Positions 26,112-49,600 of a DNA stretch of 64,000 bases are shown one piece after another. The translations under genes were made by a program, and so were the position numbers. The notes beneath the pieces are model-generated. The model did no database searches, was not told where the DNA came from, and was given only the letters and a program-made list of their open reading frames with translations. Location: the NCBI GenBank assembly GCA_964234715.1, contig OZ174276.1. One strand, given 5' to 3'. Source of the stretch: Podarcis melisellensis (taxonomy: Eukaryota). Positions within the stretch are counted from its first letter, which is position 1, and the number at the start of each line of letters is the position of its first letter.

Positions 26112-27797
26112 AATAAAGGACTTTTTAATTTTTTATTTTATTTAAAAAACCCAACTTTTCTGTTGTTTGTTCTGGCTTTTCTGGTCCCTAGGGGTGGTGG
26201 GCAGGGCTCCCTTGGTGGTGGTGGGCGACCGCAGCAACCCAGCTACACTCGGCATAGAACCTCTTCCCTCGAGCACTCAAATTGCACTCACGGCTGGTTC
26301 ACATCAGGGCACCCGGCGCACATTGTGTTCTCCAGTCTGAGAACCCTGCCATCTCCTTGCACAGTTTACAGTGGCAGAGCTTATTGGTGGAAGATGCAGC
26401 TCTCTTCAGTCTCCTGGAAACTGCACGGGTCATTCAATCCTTGGCTGCGCTACCCCACTTCTCAGGGAATGTTCTCTCGGCCGAAATGCCATCCTGCGGC
26501 AACATTGTCTTAAGGAGCCTGCTGTCAGCGGAAACGCCGCCATGCCTTCTCAAGCAGGCAGCCTCTGTCACAGGGACAGCCAGCGTTTTCCTTTGCTTTC
26601 ACAACAGTTGAGTTCAAGTCCAAGAATGGTAGATGTGCTCTGTGGGAGCCTATGGCCCTTCAGCTTTCCTGTGCAGATATCACTTCCATGTAGGTGGCTC
26701 CATCAACACCGACCATGTATGACGAGCGCACTCCTGTCTGTTTCACCATGATTGCTCCCAGCAGGACATCCCCAGTTTGGCTGCAGGCTCCTGCAACAAA
26801 ATAAACATGTTTGTGCTCCTCACACATGGCCACGGATGTGTTATTTCCTACAGGGAAGTGATATCCACATGGGAAAGTCCTCTTGTGCAAAACAGCCATT
26901 GTTGCAAATAACGCTGCACGTTGGCTCTCGCATCAGGTGGGGAGCATGACTCCATTCCTCCTCCACTACCAAAAGCCTTTGGACTACTTTGGACTGCTCC
27001 CGTTTCTGATTACCTCTCAGCAGACTTAAGCCCTGCCCATAAGGCCCTGTTTATTTCCCCCACTAGAGTGCTGCGCCCCATCAGCCCTGATGGTGGGGAG
27101 TGACAGCCCCGTCGTTTCTAAATATCTGTGACTTCATAGCAAGTTGGTTGTGCTAGTAGAGGTGCACTCTTATGATCCCACAGTTGCTCAACAAAGCCCT
27201 AGGATTGTTCTGGTGCTGGTGCAAGGACCGTAATAATCACAACCCATCTGAAGAAATTGTCTGTGGAAAACCATCATTCCATTTCAGGATGAGCAGAGCT
27301 ATGGCCCTAATCAGTGGCTGGCTGTCCTTGCTAAAGGAGAAACTGCCCCATTGCCATTGAGCCCGTTGAGTCTGACTTGCACCTTTCCCCTGACAACCAA
27401 GGCAAACATCAGAATGCTGCTTGAACTCTACTGGCCTTAGCTGTGCCCTTGAATTTTACTCTGTCAGCCATTGATTCTGATCTCCCCAGTAGCCCAGTTG
27501 GGATGATTATCTTCCCTCAAGTGATGCTGACCATCCTGCCAGGCCAACCAGTGTTTGCACTTCGCTTCATGTTGCCTCAGCTAAATCTTGTCTGCACACA
27601 TCCTTGTTCATTTGTCACATGCACAACAAACCTAACTGCAGCAGCGACTGAGCCCTGGTGGGTCTCTGACCCCAATTTCTGGTGCTACCCAGGCTCTCCC
27701 TACTTTTGAGGGTGGTGCCCAACCGACATCTCAGAGGGATTGGGCCATACCATGCCGCAGACCACAGGCAGATCAACTTTTGGGGGTTTTTATTAAA
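26112..27797 (+). terminator. Candidate FAM193B poly(A) signals (AATAAA 26112 and 26800; ATTAAA 27792)
   Basis: Hexamers downstream of the stop; which one is used cannot be determined from sequence. Confidence 0.4.
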
Positions 27798-28834
27798 TTA
27801 TTTACTTTTTGATACTGTGAAATCTTTCGTGCTGAAAGATAAACTGACATTTGGACACAGAGTGGCTATGTGTGCTGTGTAATTGCTGCCTATGGCTAGC
27901 ACTGGGGTCTCACCTCTGGCTTGAAACTTATTTGAATCCAGAGTAGCTGCTGGTACCAAAAGTCAACATGGGCCACAACCCTTGCAATCCCCCTGGGTAC
28001 TTGATCCAAATTGCCCACCTCCATAAATTTCCACCCCGTCTTCGTTTTGTCAGGAACATGTATCTGCGCTGCTGAAACATGGTGGGCACCTTACAGCCTG
28101 TACTCCAACCCTAAATGCACATCAGGATTAAATCCTGTTGGTTTCTAGGCATGGCACAGAGGGGCCTCTTTCATCTGTGATTCTTGTTTACTTCAGCCAG
28201 CTGTATAACAGGAATTTATTTGTAGCATTTTTCAGGAAGGCAGGCTTAATGGATTCATCCTTACGATGCCTGGTAAAGCAAGTCATTCTGCCCATCAGTC
28301 CTACTGAAGAACTGAACAAACTGATTTAACTTGTCTAAGGCCACCTACTAGGTACATTGCTAGCTTGAGCTGGAGGGCAGGTCTCCCAGTACAATGTTAC
28401 TAAGACTGTGTTAACACTGTTGAATGGGGAGTGATGGGTGGAAAGAAATAGGCACATTCCTCAGCACACTGACTGCCTTAAACCATGCAGGATGACAACA
28501 GAAGCCAGAATCCCCTTGGATTACCTTCTCTACCCATATGGAAGATATCAGTGATTGGGAGACACTGGCCCTGCAGATAGTGTTGCTTTCAACTCCCATC
28601 ATCCCTGATTACTGACCATGTTGACTAGGGCTGATGGGAGTTGTGGCCCAACATAATTTGGAGGGCTACCGTTTTCCAAGCTGTAAATTATCTCTACTAG
28701 CTCCTTCCCTATTATAAGATCTGGTAGCTGCTAGCAATGGTATTGGTAGTTAAGCAAACTGAAATTTACCTCAGGTTGCCTAGGCTTGAGTGATAGTAGT
28801 TCACCATGCCATAGCGTTGAACAGGGGAAATTAT

Positions 28835-29048
28835 CAGTAGCTAATGGCTACTAGCCATGGTGACTATGCTCTGCCTCTATGGATGGAGGCAAGAATGCTT
28901 CTGAATACCAGTTGTGAGAAACCACAAGGGAGAAGAGTGTTGTTGTGCTTGGGTCCACCTGGGAGTTTCTCACGGGTATCTGGTTGGCCACTGTGAGAAC
29001 AGGATGCTAATGGGCCATTCGCCTGATTCAGCTGGCTCTTCTTTACTC
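28835..29048 (+). mobile_element. CR1 LINE 3'UTR fragment
   Basis: AATGGCTACTAGCCATG...TGGTTGGCCACTGTGAGAACAGGATGCT...CTGATTCAGC motif. Confidence 0.6.
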
Positions 29049-30133
29049 TGAGGAAAGTATGTACTGATATATTTTGCATTCTTTTAGTCTAACCCTTTTA
29101 TCTAAATGCTTATCGTGCTTGGATTCCCCCCCCCCACACACACACCAGTGATGTGAGGACTGGAGGAAAAAAGTGAGTGAAGGAAACACAGCTGGAGCAA
29201 TGAGAGATAAATTGGCAGAAGAATTAACTTGCTAGTTTAAGCCAAACATGCATCAGTTCAACAGCATTATTTGTCCAACAGCAGCCAGTCAGATGCCTCT
29301 GGGAAGCAACAAGTGGGGCATGAAAACAACAGCTGCACATCGTTTGTCTTCTGAAAGTTTATTGCCCCTGAAGATCTCTTAATTTGTCTAATCTTTTTTT
29401 AGGCTATCTAAACCCAGGTGAAGAGAATCCTATATTAATTCTACATGATGTGAAACTTCCTTTCATATTTCCTGAATGGTCAGTTTCACTGTGTGACCTC
29501 TGCAACTAGTTTTGTAGGAGAAGGTAGAGAATTATCGCTACTCTTTCAGTGCCACCCACAGGCTTCTAAGCTTCTATTGTCACACCCCAGTTCTTTTTTC
29601 TGAACTAAAAAAATATCCAGTCACCTTGCCTTACCACATTGTTAAGGTGCTCCAACACTTTTTGTATCAGTTGTACAAGGAGCTATATTCAGCTAGTGCT
29701 AGCAGGAGCCAGTGCAATAGGGCTTTCCTACTTTTGCCCACAAATCGGCTCTGGGGGATCAGGAGAATCCCCAAAACAAGGGAAGGAGAGGGCGTTCCAT
29801 CTTGCAAGCGGAAATGCTTGAGCTGACAGAAGAACCATGTTAGCATGACATTGAATTCCACCCATCAAGTGTCACCTGCCATTTTGTTGTCTATTCAGCG
29901 AGTTTGGTGAGCTAGTCACAGTCTCCGAGGGAGTGTACCACTCTGAATAACTTACAGTGCAGTCCTATGCACATTTACTAATAGGTTCTCTTGTAACAAG
30001 TGGGGCTCACTCACCAGCAAGTCTGTTTAGAATGGCAGCTGCAAATCCTAGATCAAGGTCTCCAAAACTTCCTTGCTGGTCACAAGCATATTTCTGGACT
30101 TGATGGCACAAGCCTGAAACAGGATGGTACAGA

Positions 30134-30330
30134 AGGAGTTGATATATACCAGGTCAGGCTATCTGTGCTTCTAGTTCAGTATTGTCGTATTTGGAATGGC
30201 AGTGGCTCCCCAGTATCTCAGGCAAGTGCTTCATATTACCTGCTACCTCATAACTGTAGGTGCCAGAGTTTAAACACAGGACCTTCTGTGTGTAAACGAT
30301 GTTTTCTACTGTTAAGCTGTGGTTCTCCCC
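30134..30330 (-). mobile_element. Degenerate Squam3-like SINE
   Basis: Similar to 1054-1231; other copies at about 52236-52410(+), 54715-55050(+, split) and 59520-59700(+). Confidence 0.5.
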
Positions 30331-32134
30331 ACACCCCAAACAACCATCTGCTGTGTATTTTTTTTAAAAGGCACAATGCCAGAATGAGTTAAATAATGGA
30401 ACTGAGCTGCATTCCCAATCTTTTACATTACTGGCTAATGTAATTTACCATGTGCCATCCACAATTATTTCCCCTCAGTACCGTAATTCAGAAAACCCAT
30501 GCCAATTTTGCACGCCTTTGATTTTTGCTGACATATCAATACATGCACCTACTTGAATCTATTTTTGTCTCTAGCCAATCTATGTAAGATACAACATTGC
30601 TGAATAAGGTATTTCATGTGCAAATACATCAACCTGAGATTCAGGAGTCACAAGAAAGACAACTCAATATTTTTTTATTTGTATGCTAACATACCATACA
30701 AGCACTTGTTTCAATCTCATAAAATCAGGTGTTGAACACCAGAGGGATGGGAAACTGATCTATTTGCTGCCCTGTTTAAATCTACAGCCATAATTTATTC
30801 AGTCCTCAGTTACACAGAATTGGACCATTTCTTTATTTTACTTCTTATCCTTTTGAACATATTTTCTGATATTTTAATGTTGTAGATTAGAAACTCCATT
30901 CCATTTTGCACTGTTACTGCACTACTAATGGTTCCATCTGTGCTTGAAAAAATCACCATCAGGAGATATGATACCGGCACTGGAATGCCATTTTTTTTAA
31001 TTAAAGCATTTTTATGCTGCTGTTAAGCTTAAAGGGACACCAGAGAAGCTTACAAAAACAATGGTAAAAATATGTGACATAAACACCACGGAGATAAGGA
31101 AGTGGTACTAAGTCAGCGGCGAAATCACCTTCACAGTAACAGCGATGAATACGATGGTACATACTCAATGGAAAGAGAAGGCACTCTGCACACTTAAGAG
31201 CAAATGACATTTACGGGAAAGACGCGTTGCCCGGTCCAGCGTCAGCTCTCTAAGGCAATACCAGCACCTGAAAACGGGCAGCTGCGTCTCAAAAACTAGT
31301 AATCTAGTAATCCCCAACAACGGCTCCCCTAAAACGCTGTCGCGGTCTCACTGCGAACCTGTGAGATAGGGTAAAAGTCCAAGTCCTTTTAGCAGGAATT
31401 TCACCGATAATCACCCAGAATAATCCATTTATTTGAGGGGCGATTGTATGGGGGGGGCGGAGGGAGATCCCAGTAACCCGAAATGAATGCGATGAGAATT
31501 AAACGATCTCGTAAGGCGACTCCCACCCAAGTCAACCCCTCCTTTGACCCCCTTCCCAGCTGCTTCGACTCTGGTCCCTCCCTCTCGCTCGCCCCCGGCC
31601 AATTCCAGGAAAGGCGGGCGACACTTCGCTCAGCTTCCGTAGGAAACGGAAACGAAATGAGGAGAAGCATCAGCATCAGCAGCGCCTTCTTCCTCTTCTC
31701 CTCCCGTTATGTACGGAGCATGTAAAGCTCGTGAGCATCCCTAGCGATGCTCTGCACGCCTCCTCCGAAGGAAGCCTCCCCGCTGCCCCGGACGGAGCTT
31801 GTCCGCTGCTGGCGCGGGGGCTTTGGGAACGCAGAAAAACTGCCCCGCTCATTTCTCCCACCAAACAAAGCAAGGAAGCCCGAGTCAGTTTTGTTTCATT
31901 AGGGACACCGTCGTCGCACCGCCCTGCGAGGCGCGGGCGTCTAGAGCGCTTTCCCCTGCCTAGTTTGTCCCTCGGCGCCTCCCGTCTTGCGCATGTCCTT
32001 TCCAAGGCCGTGCGGGGGCGCGGTTGCTTAGCGACGCAGGCCTTTGCGCGCACGTGTCCCTAGCGCCGGTTCCCATTGGCTCTGCGCGTGTTGTCGTGCG
32101 GGAAGAGTCGGCGAGAGGAGACTGCGCTGAGAAC

Positions 32135-42725
<10,591 letters not shown>

Positions 42726-43289
42726 AGATGCTGCCATTGGGCCCAGCAAAGAAATGGACTTTGCTGCTGCTGCTTTGGAAGGGCAGCTCTGCTCAAATCC
42801 CGCTCTAGCATACTGTTGCCAGCTGGAGTGGGAAAAGGGCATCACAGTGGACTTTGTGCATTTGGGAAGCCTAGTGCTTCTTTGTCACTGGGGCAGTTGC
42901 TGATCCTGCCGTGGGATGGAATGGGAGATGCATATAATAGGATGACTCGGGCTTGTTTGGTGCAGGAGTTTGGTTTGGGCACTGCAGGATGGGAATAGAT
43001 AGGAGGCGTGTCATCTCTGTTTTAAGCAGGCTCAACACTTTTTTTCTTGAAAGCAGCAGGGCAGTGATGCAATAGGCCATTGCGTCAGTAACTACGGTTA
43101 AGCTGTATTGGGCAAGCGCTGTTGTGCTTGGCAAGTCCTGTGCTGCTCCATTCCTCAGCTCCGGTAGTGGTTTCCGAGACATTCTGCGCCCCCTCTCAGA
43201 GAGGGACGTTCAGCCTACTCTGTGTGACCCCACCTGCCTGTCCCCAGCCCCGTCATGTGCCTCTGGCTGGCCCACTCTACAGTTACCCT

Positions 43290-43548
43290 GCAGCTGCCGG
43301 AAGAGAAAGCTGTTAACCCACCAACGCTCATCAAGGCAGAAGTCCCCTGGGAGAGCCTGTGTCTCCTGGGACGGCTCTGCCTGTTGCAGCTCCCTATGTG
43401 CATGTAGGCCCCAATGAGGAAGTTAGCAGGCAGAGGAAGTTGCCAGCGCTATCGTACATACTGACTCATCCCTGTGGCAGCCACAACGGCTTGTGGAGCC
43501 TGCAGACTGCCTCGCTCCTCACTGGGCTGCCCCTTCGGAGCCTGCCCC
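43290..43548 (+). promoter_or_regulatory. Putative DOK3 promoter/5'UTR with tandem PU.1-type GAGGAAGT sites
   Basis: GAGGAAGT at 43416-43423 and 43433-43440, CCGGAAG near 43297, just upstream of the DOK3 ATG. Confidence 0.55.
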
Positions 43549-43605
43549 ATGGAGTGTCCCGTGAAAGATGGGATCCTATATATCCAGCACCCCAAATTTG
43601 GGAAG
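43549..43605 (+). CDS. DOK3: DOK3 first coding exon (MECPVKDGILYIQHPKFGK)
   Basis: Matches the DOK3 N-terminus pattern P(I/V)KDGILYxQHxKFGK; AAG|gtaaat donor, phase 0. Confidence 0.9.
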
Positions 43606-46600
43606 GTAAATGCGTGTGTGTGTCTGATTTGGTGGGTGGAGTGTCTGGCCCCAGGGAGCCTTTGCTGTATGGGTGGGTTGGTTCAGTGGGAATTTTGGGT
43701 CTCGTCAAATGCAGGGGAGCATTTTTTGTAGCTTTCCCTTCTTTAGGGCCTGAGATTACACCCTCTGTAGTGCAAGAGCATGCCTGCAGGAGCTGTCATT
43801 GCTTGGCGTCTTTCCCACCTTCTGCTTTGTCATGTTACTGTATTGTGAATTTACAGCCAAACTGAATGTAAATAAACTCAATAACAAATTAAAATGCTAT
43901 ATGAAATAAGGGGTGTGCCTGAAGCAAGGTGTGTGGGAGAGAGAGGCAGGGAGAGACACACAGAGAAAGCACATAAAATAAGTAGGATTGGCCTGAAACC
44001 GCCACTGAGCGTGAGTGTGCAGGGGTGGTCCTATGGGGTTCTGCCTTTTAAAAGTGGGGCCCCCAGTGCCTGGTTTTTCTCTTGCTGCAGGAGGTTTCTA
44101 GAGAACTGGGCGTTTGTACTTTGGCCCATTTATAGTTTGTTGTCAAGGGACTTGCTTGACCAAGGCAGCCATGTTGCTGTGTCCTATCTCTTGGGGTTGG
44201 GGATTGACCTGGATCTATCTATTTCTTTCTTTATCTCTCTCTCGCTCGCTCTCTTTCTTTCTTTCTGATCAAGTATCATGTTGCAGGTGTTAGTGAACTC
44301 AGCTGAAGCCTCAAGCTGCCCTATGCTGGAATTGGCTGTGGTGCCAGAGCCCCCTCGGTGCCTGCCCATGTGCAGCGGATATGGCAAGGTGGCTGAAAAG
44401 AAATGGCTCAGTGGTTCTCTCATTTTCGGTCACCTGCCTTTTTAACGTCCAGGGCTAGCAAATGACACCACCCACACCGAAAGGCAGTCACAATTAGATA
44501 TTTTGGCATTCCTTGGAGGTGTTCAAAAAGTATTTCTTAACATTTCCTCTGTAAGTAGGTCAATATTCTCCCCCCCCCCAATAACTCCTGAGGCCACACA
44601 ACAAGCTAAGGTTTGAAATGAGGCCTTTTTGACTCTCGGCTTATGCTCTTAATCACTGGTCTACATCCATCGCACATTGTTAAGAAACTTGGATCGCAAA
44701 AGTGGCTATATTGGTTTGTGACAAATGGCTACTAGCAAAGCGAGACTGAAAATGTCTGCAGCTGATATATGCTAAGGTCTAAAGGGTTCAGGCAGCATTG
44801 CTGACCTGCTATCTTGTTCTTATTACTCAGCAAATTTGACTTTACGGAAGTAGCCATAGTTGCTCCCCATGGGCACTGGGAAGGTATCCTCCTTCCCCCT
44901 GTCTAAAATGAACACTCTAGGGTAGAGGGAAGAGAGAAACAGCCCTGTGGGTGTCTTCCATATTTGGTGCTGACATCCTTCTTAGTCCTCCTTGTCACAA
45001 GAGTAGATTGGGAGATAGAGCTTCACCCGCTGATAATACCAGGCCTGCCTTGTATTCTTCTCCTGACAAGTAAGACTCTGTACTAACCAACCACTTTAAA
45101 TAACAAACAAGCCCAACCTACCACCATCCAAACCCTGCAATGTCATCACCAGAGGCACATAAACTTTGGCTGAGCTTGGGAGCCGAGCCAACCATTGTTT
45201 CTAGCCACTGCTAGATTGACCTTCTTACTACTTGCTCCACAGAGACAAAGTGTACCTGCTACCCAGTAAGGGGGGGTTAACAGAGGAGTGCTGTGCATGT
45301 CTGCATCCATGCTTGGCTGCTTGCAATAACACCTCCAATCGGGTGCTAGGACGCACATCTTAAAAAAAAAATGTTTTGGCACATCTCCACGGCTTAGATT
45401 TATTTATTTCTTGTTAGATAAATAAGTGGAGTTTTTTTCTCATGGGCCAGCCAGGTTGACATATCTGTTCTCCAGCAGCAACTTGGTGGCTACATAGGTA
45501 GACCTCAAGCTGGCATGCCATTTGTGCACTGGGAAGATTTGTGCTTCCACTTGTCCTGCTGTAGAATCCCAATCGTGAAAGAAATTGGACTGTTTTGAAA
45601 AGGAAGAGAAAGGGGCGTGGGGAAGGCAGAGTCTGGTGTTAGGTGAGCTGGAAGAGAAAAGGGCCACTATACCAACTGTGACTGATTCGACAGCTACGGC
45701 TATTCCTGGACTGGGAAAGCCTTGCCACAGTGGTTCATGCGCTAGTTACTTCTAGACTGGATTCTGCTCTGTGTGGGGCTTCCCTCGCGTTTGATCCAGA
45801 AGCTGCAGCACCGTATAACACCTGTGCTCAGAGATTTGCTGTGGTTGCTGATTTGATGCTGGGCCAGGTTCAAAGTGTTACTGTTTACCTACAAGATCAC
45901 CTTACCCCACACGTGCCCACGTGACCGCTTTAAATGGCAGAATTGGCAGGTGCCACATAATGCCTGTTCCACATTTGTAAGAATTTGATCATTTCAGGTG
46001 GGAGCGCCTACACTTTAGATTGCCCTGTAGCCTTCACTGCTCTTTTCAGTGCCTGCTAAAAACATTGTTGATTAGACAAGCTTACCCATATGCTTAGAGT
46101 GTGGACATCATTTGTTTTAGCGTTTTCACTTCTTTATGTTTTAAAGTAGGATTGTGAATTTTCCCGATTTTACTCTTTTATCTTTTGTAAACTCCTTTGA
46201 GGGTGTTGTTGTTTTTACAATCAAAGCAGTGCATAAATTTTAGGAAATAATATAAAAATAAATATTATAGACCACAGCCCTAAAACCACTACTGGCTGTC
46301 AGCTTTACACATGTCTTTTGGGCGTCTGAGGCTTCCGCCAGACACTTCACACACATTTCCAGGCTTTCTTTTATTTCCATGAGGTTTAGAAACTTGCTTT
46401 AAAAAAAAAAGGTATGATTTCAGCAGCTGGCTGCAGGAGGAGGAGATGCTAAATTCCTGCACAGTAAGCCCACAACCTACACACATTTAACTTGTATGCA
46501 TTCAGCTTTACGCACTTGGCAAAAATAAATAAAAATGGTTGGGGGCACTCAGGGAAAAAAGACTTTGGCAGTCTCACCTCCCATTGTACCAATGTGTTTT

Positions 46601-49600
46601 GACTATACACAACTTTGGCTTTCGGCACAATCCCCTGTGTAAATTGAGGGCTTACGGTATTTACACAGCAATCCCACTAATGCTTGCAGTGCATGCAGAT
46701 TTGTGGCTCTATGCATTCAGTTGCCTAAGAGAAGTAATCACCAAAGAATTCTTCGTAACCTCTGATTCTGTATACTGTACTTCCACCTGCTCTTGGCAAG
46801 GACTCTACAGGGCAATAAATCCCCAGAGAGGATCACATTTCTGCTTGGGTAACGCGCCTGTTAAAGAGGCCTTTTCCTCTTCTGTGGATTTCCTAGTGCA
46901 GACTGTTGTTAACCGGTGCCTGTCCCTGATTGTGTGCTGTCACCCCTTGCCCCCTGCTCACAGAAGGTCTGGCGGAAAGTGTGGGCCCAGCTCTTCGCCG
47001 ACAGCCCTTCTGGCATCGCACGGCTCGAGTACTTCGAAGGGCGTGAAGGGGCTGCAGCAGAGAAGGCCACCCTGAGGAAGGGCGAGCGGAAGGTGATCCG
47101 CCTCTCAGACTGCGTCTCGGTGGAGCGGGCAGGCGAGCACAGCTCTCCCAAGGACACCACAGCCTTCTTCCTGAGCATGATGGAGCGCAACTTCTTGCTG
47201 GCAGCGGATCAAGCAGATGAGTGGATCGAATGTATCTGCCAGCTGGCTTTTCAGGTATTGACCTCTTCATATCTTCAATGGGAAGGCCCTGTGTCTCGCT
47301 GAACCACAGGGAGATTCCTCCTGGCCACAAGTCAGATGAGTGGAATCTCAGAGGGGAGCCAAGCTGCTTCCTCTAGAGGTGGCTTGCAGTTGCAAGTTTC
47401 TGACCCTCAGCGAGGGTTGGACTTTATGACCTCCCAAGTCCTTTTTGACCTGCATTCCATTGAAGATGTCCTAAATTTGACTGCTATGGTGGCCGATGTT
47501 CCCTGCCCAGTTGCTTTAATGATAAGTGCTTTTAATTGGGTCTTTTTTTTTTTTTTTTGGTTAGGTTCTGAATACAAGGGTTTATATATTCTTGCAAAAA
47601 AAAAAATCTTTAGGTTTATTCTGGGAATGTAGATGGGGATGAAGCTCTGGAAATTCTGGGCATGGTCTGTGGGTCTGAAATCTCCCTTGACGTGATGTAT
47701 TGCAGCCTATTCTCAACCCATGTTATTCAGAACATTGTTTCGGTGATTTTAATGGGGCATACATTCAAGAAAGAATGCATAAGAATTTAACCTTCTAGGA
47801 CACTCCTATCTATATTTACTTCAATATACAGTGTTCAGTGAGGCTCACTCCCACATAGGCATACACAGAATTGCTGCCTTAATGTGCAAATAATTTGCGC
47901 AATCTCTGTTTTTCAATAAATTCTTGGTCATTCCTGTTTGTTGCCACTTTAAAAGAAGAAAATAGCAGCCTAGTTTCCAAGGATGTTAGATGAGGAAGAT
48001 AATAATCTGTGATGTTCTTTATGCAGGCAGAATGCTCTGTTAAAGATGGTGGGGCTTTAGTAATGGTGAAACTGAGACTGAAGGAGAAAAAGAATGGCTT
48101 ATGGGGAAATAGTATTTATGCAGAGCTGGCAACTAAGCTCTTTGCAAAGTAAACAGATCCTTGGTGAGACACAAGGAGAAGAAAAAGGGAAAGTATTAGA
48201 GTTGAATGGGAGGATCCATGTTTTTAGTTGCTCATAAGAACAGTAAGGTGTGGAACAGCTAAAGGGATGTTTCTGGCCCGTAAGAATGGACCATGGGTTG
48301 ATGGGCACATGGTTGAAATTGTCTTTGCGTTCAGGTGGAGGTTCAAAGGGAATAATCCAAATGTTGGAACAAGTCACCCTGTCTTTCTCTGTTTCTGTAA
48401 TGGTTTTCATCTGAGAAATGCTCTCCTTGCTTCATTTCCCCTTTGCTGTGCTGCACACAGAGGATGCCTGCCCCCTCGTCCGGCTCAGTTGGAAACACAC
48501 CCAGCCCACAGCCCCTCATGGAGGAGAACACCATCTACTCATCCTGGCAAGAAAGTATGTGCCTAAGGGACAGGGTGGGGGGTGAAGGACCTGGAACAAA
48601 ACACCAGTTTCTTCTACTATCAAGTGGCAGCTGATGGAAGGAGAGGCCTTCTGGGGAATTCAGGCTTGTAAGGAGCTTTGGTGCAGCTGCAGGTGCTATA
48701 AGGTGGTGGCAGTGGGGAACATGCAACTCTCTTCTTGCTCCCAACTCCCATCAACCCCATTCAGCATGGAGGACCACAGATTTCCCATCTCTGCTGCACA
48801 GGCCCCAGTCCTCTGCTCAAAGTTGACCTACAGCCTTTCTCAAACTTGGGTTCCTGGATGTTGTTGGACTACAACTCCCATCATCCCTAGCTACCAGGAA
48901 AAGTGGTCAGGGGCGATGGGAGTTGTAGTCCAACAACATCTGGGAACCCAAGTTTGAGAAAGGCTAGGACATTTGTGAAAACCCAAACAGCCAACCCCCA
49001 TGCTGGCAAAAATGGGATAAGGTAAATTGGAGGTGAGGAACCTATTTCAGCCTGAAGGCCAGATTTGAACTTAATCAACTATCCGGAGGCCGTATTCCAA
49101 TGGTGGGTGGGGGCAAAAGTGGATGGAGCAAAACAACACAAGAAAAATTCCTCTGTTAGCACCTCCCCCTGCCCACCCCCACCTTGTCACCTGGCATTCA
49201 GGCAAACAGCACCCACACATGCATGCATGCATGCGGTCACATATCCATGCACTTTCACACATCAGACATACTGGCACACAGGCATGTGTTTACATGCACA
49301 CACACGGTGCTCTCTACCTCAGCACTAGGGTGGCTGGAAAGATCCACCTGCCTGCTCTTTAGATAGGATCTCTCAATCTTGACCTTAGCTCCTTAGCGCT
49401 AGGATGGGAGAATGAGAGTATAAGGCTGCATTTCTTCCCACCCACCTCCTCCAGCACGGCAGGTGGAAACGCTGCCTTTTGCTCTTATCTCTCATCTAAG
49501 TGCGGTGGTGTTCAGCACTAACACTGAAGATAAAGAGATCCCTCTGCCTGCTCTTCAAGCGCTTGTCACCAATCTATTCAGTTCATCTATTTTATTTAAC

